Positions 58,029 through 64,000 of a DNA stretch of 64,000 nucleotides are shown one piece after another. The notes beneath the pieces were generated by a model. It saw only the letters and a program-made list of their open reading frames with translations. It was not told where the DNA came from and ran no database searches. The stretch spans positions 68,156-132,155 of the forward strand of contig CAYPYS010000003.1 of the NCBI GenBank assembly GCA_964415355.1, read 5' to 3'. The translations under genes were made by a program, and so were the position numbers. The DNA comes from an uncultured Planctomycetia bacterium (lineage in GTDB: Bacteria > Omnitrophota > Gorgyraeia > Gorgyraeales > Gorgyraeaceae). Positions within the stretch are counted from its first letter, which is position 1, and each line of letters begins with the position of its first letter.

Positions 58029-59164
58029 AAACCCCTCAGAACCTTTCTTATTATACCAATGGTTTTATCAATATCTTTCTCTGTATGACTGAAAGATAAG
58101 AAATTTACCTCGTTCTCTGATGGTGCAAGATAAATACCTTTCTTAAGAAGTCTTTTATAAAAAGATCGAAACTGTGACTTTTTTCGAAATCTCAAGCTGA
58201 ATATTGTCTTATAATGTATAACATCTAAATCATCCCTTTCTTCCCTAATAGCCTCCACTAGTTTCTTTGTTTTCTTTTCTAAAGAACTGTATCTATTTTT
58301 CAAAGACGATAAAGCCTTGAGCGTTTCTATGCCTGACTGCATCACTATGGGATTTCCTGCAAATGTCGAGCCCTGATAAAGATCTCCTAATGGAGCAAGC
58401 TTATCCATGACAGCCGCGTTCCCGCCATATGCCCCTATCGGCAAACCTCCTCCTATTATTTTCCCAAGACAGATCAAATCAGGTCGAACCCCAACTATAT
58501 CTGAGACTGAACCAAATTTAAACCTGAATCCTGTTATTACCTCGTCAAAGATCAGAAGCGCACCATATCTCCTGGTCAGTTTTCTCAAAGACTTTAAAAA
58601 ATCCTTATCAGGCAAGACCACGCCATGATTCCCGCCAACTGGCTCCACTATTACTGCTGCGATATTTTTCCCATGTTCTTTAAAAACCTTCTCTACCGAG
58701 TCTTTGCTTGTCTCTTCTAAAAGATAATCAGCGTGGCCATGATATGAATTTTTAAATTTTAAAATCTTCTTTTTCCCTGTATATTCTCTTGCAAGACGAG
58801 TCGCGCCTAACACTGTCTCAGTGCCGGAATTTACAAATCTGACCTTTTTAATCACAGGAATTGCCTTTTTAATCAAACCAGCTAATTCTATTTCTTTCGA
58901 GTTAGTAGCGCCAAAGCTAGAACCATCTCTAAGTGCCAAACTTACACTTTTTACTACTCGAGGATATGCATGGCCCAGGATCAAAGCGCCATATGAAAGC
59001 GCATAGTCGATATAAGCGCTTCCATCATAGTCGAAAACCTTAGACCCTTTTCCTTTTTTTATCAATAAAGGCTTGATCCCGACGTATTTAAATGAACGCA
59101 CAGGGCTATTTACTCCGCCCACTAAATGCTCTTTTGCTTTTTTAAAAAGTAAATTACTTTTCAT
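58025..59164 (-). CDS. hemL: Glutamate-1-semialdehyde 2,1-aminomutase (short form)
   Basis: GGVNSPVR, FVNSGTE, YHGH, FDEVITGFR, GKIIGGGLP. Confidence 0.93.
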   Translation of the reverse strand: MKSNLLFKKAKEHLVGGVNSPVRSFKYVGIKPLLIKKGKGSKVFDYDGSAYIDYALSYGALILGHAYPRVVKSVSLALRDGSSFGATNSKEIELAGLIKKAIPVIKKVRFVNSGTETVLGATRLAREYTGKKKILKFKNSYHGHADYLLEETSKDSVEKVFKEHGKNIAAVIVEPVGGNHGVVLPDKDFLKSLRKLTRRYGALLIFDEVITGFRFKFGSVSDIVGVRPDLICLGKIIGGGLPIGAYGGNAAVMDKLAPLGDLYQGSTFAGNPIVMQSGIETLKALSSLKNRYSSLEKKTKKLVEAIREERDDLDVIHYKTIFSLRFRKKSQFRSFYKRLLKKGIYLAPSENEVNFLSFSHTEKDIDKTIGIIRKVLRGL

Positions 59165-60075
59165 CGGTTATCCAACCATTTTGCTATGTCTTTTGCGTGA
59201 TACGTAATGATATAATCTGCGCCTGCGCGTTTAATAGACGAAAGGATCTCAAACACCATATCTTTTTCACGCCAGCTATTGTTATTAGCACCATTTTTCA
59301 CCATGCTATACTCGCCGCTAACATTATAAACAGCGAGCGGATGCCTGAATTTTCGCCTTGCTTCCTTGATAATATCCAGATAACTCAAGCCCGGTTTTAC
59401 CATTACAACATCTGCGCCTTCTTTTATGTCTTCCTCTATTTCTTTAAGCGCATCTTCTCTGCTTGTAAAATCAAGCTGATAAGCTCTCCTATTACCAAAC
59501 TTAGGACTAGAATCCGCTATATCCCTGAAAGGGCCATAAAAATTAGATGCAAATTTTGCCGAATAACTTAATATCTTCGTCCTTTTGTATCCATTTCTAT
59601 CCAATGTATTTCTTATTGCCCTTACCTGGTTTTCCAACATTGCAGAAGGCGCTACATAGTCTGCGCCTGATGCTGCATGAGAAAGCGCCATACGAGAAAG
59701 CGCCTTTAAACTAGAAGGGTTATCTATTTTCTTTTTCCCATTTTTTATAATGCCGCAGTGACCGTGTGATGTATAAGCACATAGACATACATCAGTAATT
59801 ACTGTGATTTCAGGAAAAGACTTTTTGAGTAAGCTTACTGCTTCTGCTACGATATTCTTTTTCTCGTAGGCAGCGCTGCCGCGCGCGTCTTTTTTGTCCG
59901 GGATGCCGAAAAGTAACACCTTTGTAATACCTAGTCTCTGTAAGTAGAGCACTTCGTCCAGCAGCATGTCAGGAGAAAATCTATGGACCCCTGGCATGGA
60001 AGAAATCTCCTCGCGCACATATTCTCCTTTTTTTACAAATAATGGGTAGATCAAGGTATCAAGCTCAATATTCAT
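59161..60075 (-). CDS. hemB: Porphobilinogen synthase
   Basis: DVCLCAYTSHGHCG, YGPFRD, MVKPG, YNVSGEY. Confidence 0.96.
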   Translation of the reverse strand: MNIELDTLIYPLFVKKGEYVREEISSMPGVHRFSPDMLLDEVLYLQRLGITKVLLFGIPDKKDARGSAAYEKKNIVAEAVSLLKKSFPEITVITDVCLCAYTSHGHCGIIKNGKKKIDNPSSLKALSRMALSHAASGADYVAPSAMLENQVRAIRNTLDRNGYKRTKILSYSAKFASNFYGPFRDIADSSPKFGNRRAYQLDFTSREDALKEIEEDIKEGADVVMVKPGLSYLDIIKEARRKFRHPLAVYNVSGEYSMVKNGANNNSWREKDMVFEILSSIKRAGADYIITYHAKDIAKWLDNR

Positions 60076-60098
60076 GTTCTCCCTCTCTCTTCTTCCCG

Positions 60099-60135
60099 TA
60101 ACTTTACACTTTAACGTTGTTGAAATGTAAAGTTA
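60099..60135. repeat. Palindromic element copy 30 (encodes the CobA C-terminus [10 protein letters not shown])
   Basis: TAACTTTACACTTTAACGTTGTTGAAATGTAAAGTTA. Confidence 0.95.
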
Positions 60136-60835
60136 GAGTCTCTCCTACTATTAATACTGCCGGGGGTTTGATATTGGACCTTTTTGCCTCTTCTTCTATC
60201 GTTGCGATAGTGCCGCGTATGATCCGTGAATCTTTTTGCGTCGCCTTTTCTATAAATGCGCAGGGCGTAGTTTCTTTTCTTTTGCTCCTACGCAATGCCT
60301 TTACTATATTCTTTATGTTTTTGACCCCCATTAAATAAACGAGTGTTTGGCAGTCAGGCGCGTCTATATCAGCGTTTATGTCTTTTTTGCGACCCGTGAG
60401 TATCGCGACCGAAGAGACCCTGTTTTTTATAGTCAGGGGTATACCGTGACTCTCAGGGCCTGCAATAGCTGAAGTTATACCAGGGATTACTTCAAATTCT
60501 ATACCTTTATCAGCAAGGAATCTCGCCTCTTCATATCCGCGGCTAAATATAAAAGGATCGCCTCCTTTAAGCCGCACGACGTTTTTATAAATAAGGGATT
60601 TTTCATAAAGCAATTTATTTATCTCGTCCTGCTCCTTAAGATGCAGTCCATCTTTTTTTCCAACACAGACCTTTTTGCAAGATACCTTTGTATATTTCAA
60701 GAGCCCAGGGCTAGACAGGAAATCATAAAGCACGCAGTCTGCTTTTTTAAGCGCCTTAAGACCTTTTACGCTAATAAGTTCGGGATCGCCCGGACCTGCT
60801 CCGACAATGTATGCTTTATGCTGTTTCTTTTTCAT
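60104..60835 (-). CDS. cobA: Uroporphyrinogen-III C-methyltransferase
   Basis: VGAGPGDPELI, RLKGGDPFIF, PGITSA. Confidence 0.95.
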   Translation of the reverse strand: MKKKQHKAYIVGAGPGDPELISVKGLKALKKADCVLYDFLSSPGLLKYTKVSCKKVCVGKKDGLHLKEQDEINKLLYEKSLIYKNVVRLKGGDPFIFSRGYEEARFLADKGIEFEVIPGITSAIAGPESHGIPLTIKNRVSSVAILTGRKKDINADIDAPDCQTLVYLMGVKNIKNIVKALRRSKRKETTPCAFIEKATQKDSRIIRGTIATIEEEAKRSNIKPPAVLIVGETLTLHFNNVKV

Positions 60836-61478
60836 CTATTCTCCTAAAAATCCCGACAAGATCTTTTCTATCTTTTCTAACCTGCGCTGCAAGCCTTCCC
60901 TGTAGAGGATGAGGTTGTATAACATCCAAAGGTATAATCTGACTTATCCTGTTTTCATATCCCAATCTAAGTAATGCTGCGTGCGCTATAATGACAGCAT
61001 CAAAATAACCCTTGTCTAGCTGTGCTAATCTCTCGTCTATATTCCCTCGTATGTCTAATGTGACCAAATCGCTGCGATAACACGAAACCCAGGACTTACG
61101 ATTTTCGCTACTTGTCCCCACTATTGAACCTGTAGGCAATGTATCAAGTGTAAAATTTCCCCTGGAGACAAGACAATCATATCTTGAGATTGATTTTGTC
61201 ATTGCTGCGATAGTCAAATCCCTGGGCATATTTTCTTCCAGATCCTTTGCGCTATGCACAGCTACATCTATATGTCTATCCAGGAGCGCCCTTTCTATCT
61301 CGTAGGTGAAAAAATCCGTGTTCTCTTCTAATCTAAGAGCTCTGGTCTTATCCTTATCGCCTTTTGTCTCGATAGGTATAACATCAAATTTTAATTCCGG
61401 CAGGAGTCGCTGTATCTCTTTAACCTGTTTCAATGCTAATAAGCTCGGACGCGCCCCTACCTTTATATGAGTCTTCAT
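60816..61478 (-). CDS. hemC: Hydroxymethylbilane synthase (short; C-terminal domain absent)
   Basis: GARPSLLALKQ, TKGD, AVHSAKD, GTSS, IRGNI. Confidence 0.9.
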   Translation of the reverse strand: MKTHIKVGARPSLLALKQVKEIQRLLPELKFDVIPIETKGDKDKTRALRLEENTDFFTYEIERALLDRHIDVAVHSAKDLEENMPRDLTIAAMTKSISRYDCLVSRGNFTLDTLPTGSIVGTSSENRKSWVSCYRSDLVTLDIRGNIDERLAQLDKGYFDAVIIAHAALLRLGYENRISQIIPLDVIQPHPLQGRLAAQVRKDRKDLVGIFRRIDEKETA

Positions 61479-62430
61479 ATCGTCCCTCCAATAACTCTGC
61501 GCTATGCTGGCGTATTAAAGATTCTGCGCTCTTAATATTTTCTTCTAAGGTCTTAGCGTATCCTCTAAACAACTGATCTAAATCATCAAGATTTTTCAGC
61601 GAGATGCCTGATATATTTTGCACAGCTGGCTCAATGTCTCTTGGCATTGCTAAATCATAGAGATCCAAAGGCTCAATTCGTTTCTCAGTAATATCCACAA
61701 AATGTTCTTTCTTTAGCACATAATGCGGACTCGATGTAGCGCTTATCACTGCGTCGGCACGCAAAAGTAATTCTCTTAAATCGTCTAATAAAACTGCTTT
61801 CCCCTCAGACCACCTGGCAAGCTGTTTTGCTCTTTTGTGTTTTTTGCGCGCCACAAAATGTAGATTGATTCCGGCTGGTTTATTTTCAGAAAAAAGTCTG
61901 GCAATCTTACCTGTCCCGACTATGACTATATCTTTTTTTCTGCTCTCTATTAAACGCTTAAAAATAATTTCGGCAATATTGGAACTTTTTTCTTCTATGC
62001 CTGACCTAATCCTTATATCCTCCGCCCTTATTAAAACTTCTTTCCATATATTTCTCAATATCCATGGAAATGAGTATTCGTTAACCCATGAATCCAGCTG
62101 GGCCAACACCTCCTCTTCTCCTTTAACCTGTGATTCCAGGCCACATGAAAGCCGCAGCATATGTTCAATGACTCTTCTGGTCCCAAGTCTCACATAAGAT
62201 CTTTCAAATAGAGCAGAAAACCTCGAATAAAATAGATCTAGAATATCTGTTATCTGGAAAACATTTTCAGAGGCTCCATACAGTTCAATCCTGTTGCATG
62301 TAAAAAGCACTGCCTTTTCCTCTCCGGTATTTTTCCAGAAATCTACGATCTCATTGCGCGCCTTATGTACGGATTCACGTATTGATATAGGTGCACTTTT
62401 ATAATCTATTCCTATAAGATACAAAACCAT
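61420..62430 (-). CDS. hemA: Glutamyl-tRNA reductase (short form)
   Basis: TCNRIE, GLESQVKGE, VGTGKI, SATSSPH, DLAMPRDI. Confidence 0.9.
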   Translation of the reverse strand: MVLYLIGIDYKSAPISIRESVHKARNEIVDFWKNTGEEKAVLFTCNRIELYGASENVFQITDILDLFYSRFSALFERSYVRLGTRRVIEHMLRLSCGLESQVKGEEEVLAQLDSWVNEYSFPWILRNIWKEVLIRAEDIRIRSGIEEKSSNIAEIIFKRLIESRKKDIVIVGTGKIARLFSENKPAGINLHFVARKKHKRAKQLARWSEGKAVLLDDLRELLLRADAVISATSSPHYVLKKEHFVDITEKRIEPLDLYDLAMPRDIEPAVQNISGISLKNLDDLDQLFRGYAKTLEENIKSAESLIRQHSAELLEGRYEDSYKGRGASELISIETG

Positions 62431-62872
62431 CCCAATGCTCCTTTAGGTAATTCTTCAGATCCCTGGATAGGACCGGGTCCTGACCATCCGTATACACTGC
62501 TATAAGCGCTTTTCTAAATCTCAAGAGCGCAGGCGATATAAAATCGCTGAGCTTTGAATTATCAACCACATTGACCGGTATCTGAAATTCATCAGCCCAT
62601 TTTTTTACAAATCTATTCACGTCTTTTCTGTCTGTTGCGCTCACGATAAGCGTAGCCTCACGCACGTCTGAACGCGCAACTGGCCTGGCAATCCACTTCA
62701 CAGTCCCGCTTTTGACCAAGCGTCTGATATTACGCGTTGCCCTGGGAGACACGATGTAGACTTCTGCGCCAGAGTCTAAAAGATTATAGACCTTGCGCTC
62801 TGCTACTTTGCCAGCACCCACTACAACTACACGCTTATCTTTCAGTTTTATTGCTATGGGTAGATATTTCAT
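62399..62872 (-). CDS. Precorrin-2 dehydrogenase/ferrochelatase (SirC/Met8-like)
   Basis: YLPI, VVVGAGKVAERK, VNVVD, DFISPA. Confidence 0.88.
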   Translation of the reverse strand: MKYLPIAIKLKDKRVVVVGAGKVAERKVYNLLDSGAEVYIVSPRATRNIRRLVKSGTVKWIARPVARSDVREATLIVSATDRKDVNRFVKKWADEFQIPVNVVDNSKLSDFISPALLRFRKALIAVYTDGQDPVLSRDLKNYLKEHWDGFVSYRNRL

Positions 62873-63579
62873 ACATTTGTCTTGAGCGGCCTTGTGTGGA
62901 TACCACACTCGCCGCCGCATTTACTGGTGCCGATCCAGCGCCCGGCACGTTCATTGTCGTCGTTTGTGATTTTAGTGCACGGCGCGCACCCAAGCGAGCG
63001 GTAACCCTCGGCATATAGAGGATTCACTTTCACGCCATAAAGCGCCAGATATTGCCAGACCTCTCTTTCCTTCCATATAAGAATAGGATTTAATTTTATA
63101 AGCCCCTTGTCGCGTTCTTCTATTTCTTTAAAGTCAGTGCGTGTACGGCCTTCTGTACAGCGAAGTCCTGTAACCCAGCACGTAACACTCATTTCTTCTA
63201 TCGCGCGCTTGACAGGCTCTACCTTTAATATATCGCAGCATCTGTCAGGTTCGGTTTTGTATAATTCATCCGGGATAGCCGCGTCGTTTTTATAGACTTT
63301 TGTCTCAGGGTACTCAGCTACAACTTCATTCATAAACCGGACTGTCTCTTTTGGCTTAAACCTGGTTGTCACTACAAAACCTCGGATCTTTGGGTTCACA
63401 CGCTTTGCCAGATCCCATACTGCGACAGAATCCTTTCCAAGGCTATTCGCCACTACCAAGCCGTCTCCGTATTTTTCATAGGCCTCCTTTATGAGCTGCA
63501 GCGAGCGGTTCACCTTTTGTTTAAAATTCAATGTCTCCACCAACACCTTCAAGTCTTCCTGAGTTTCTAGTAAACTCAT
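62869..63579 (-). CDS. cysH: APS/PAPS reductase
   Basis: SLGKDS, RCCDILKVEP, TGLR, GYRSLGCAPCT, ERAGRW, ECGIH (4Fe-4S APS-reductase type). Confidence 0.93.
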   Translation of the reverse strand: MSLLETQEDLKVLVETLNFKQKVNRSLQLIKEAYEKYGDGLVVANSLGKDSVAVWDLAKRVNPKIRGFVVTTRFKPKETVRFMNEVVAEYPETKVYKNDAAIPDELYKTEPDRCCDILKVEPVKRAIEEMSVTCWVTGLRCTEGRTRTDFKEIEERDKGLIKLNPILIWKEREVWQYLALYGVKVNPLYAEGYRSLGCAPCTKITNDDNERAGRWIGTSKCGGECGIHTRPLKTNV

Positions 63580-63594
63580 ACTCCCTCCTCCTGG

Positions 63595-63816
63595 TTAGAT
63601 CTGGTACTCTGGGGTTCCTAGTCTTCCGTATTTTACCCTGTTCCAGATGCGTTCATGTGCATAATACAAAAAAATCTTTACAAGATTCGCGCTTATACCA
63701 ACGACAAGCGACTCTTTGATATCTTTACTGTAGATATAAATAGCTATGATAGTTACTAGAAATGCGATTATACGCCAGGTAAATGCCTTAAAAAGAGATC
63801 GTTTTGGATGTTCCAT
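63595..63816 (-). CDS. DUF2061-family membrane protein
   Basis: RSLFKAFTWR...YYAHERIW. Confidence 0.85.
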   Translation of the reverse strand: MEHPKRSLFKAFTWRIIAFLVTIIAIYIYSKDIKESLVVGISANLVKIFLYYAHERIWNRVKYGRLGTPEYQI

Positions 63817-63974
63817 TTTTCCTCCTGATATATTACTATTACAATAGGATTAGTCGTGATTAGATTAAAAAAATAAGGGGTTAGTGTTCTTATTTGTTTT
63901 AAATCTCTACTAATCTAATCATATTTATAATAATTAAAGTATACCACATAACAAAATCATGTCAAGCATTTTTT

Positions 63975-64000
63975 TAACTTTACATTTCAACAACGTTAAA
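63975..64000. repeat. Palindromic element copy 31 (cut by the window end)
   Basis: TAACTTTACATTTCAACAACGTTAAA. Confidence 0.9.

Noticed and set aside
269-63719. Numerous plus-strand ORFs of 60-200 aa in the track
   Set aside because: They are antisense shadows of well-supported minus-strand genes and have no recognisable motifs.
468-64000. 37-bp repeat as a CRISPR array (length and TTGAAAT motif resemble CRISPR repeats)
   Set aside because: Copies are dispersed singly, in both orientations, separated by whole genes. There are no 30-40 nt spacers and no cas genes.

Overview
Bacterial chromosomal window, almost all on the minus strand, made of housekeeping and energy genes. In order: purN, trxA, rnfCGDEAB, four tRNAs (Thr, Phe, Asp, Val), a V/A-type ATPase operon, a PyrR-attenuated pyr operon, trehalose genes (otsA, otsB, treT), glmS, an AmmeMemoRadiSAM cluster, rex, cysteine/homocysteine genes, a CsoR-led envelope operon and a compact siroheme/sulfur-assimilation cluster. 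The gene content suggests an anaerobe, possibly Omnitrophota/PVC (inference only). The dominant unexplained signal is a 37-bp AT-rich palindrome, TAACTTTACATTTCAACAACGTTAAAGTGTAAAGTTA and variants, of which I count 31 copies (about 1 per 2 kb). In 17 copies its terminal TAA is the stop codon of the upstream gene, three more form the last codons of a gene, and one abuts a tRNA CCA end. It has compensatory subfamilies and hybrid copies, occurs in both orientations, and no transposase is present in the window. Other oddities: a split radical SAM gene flanked by two small EA(R/K)YY peptides, a tRNA-Thr 3'-end duplication enclosing a multi-hairpin, a duplication-born chimeric cupin, a frameshifted yggT, and truncated Hem enzymes. 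All calls come from reading the sequence by eye; no searches were run.
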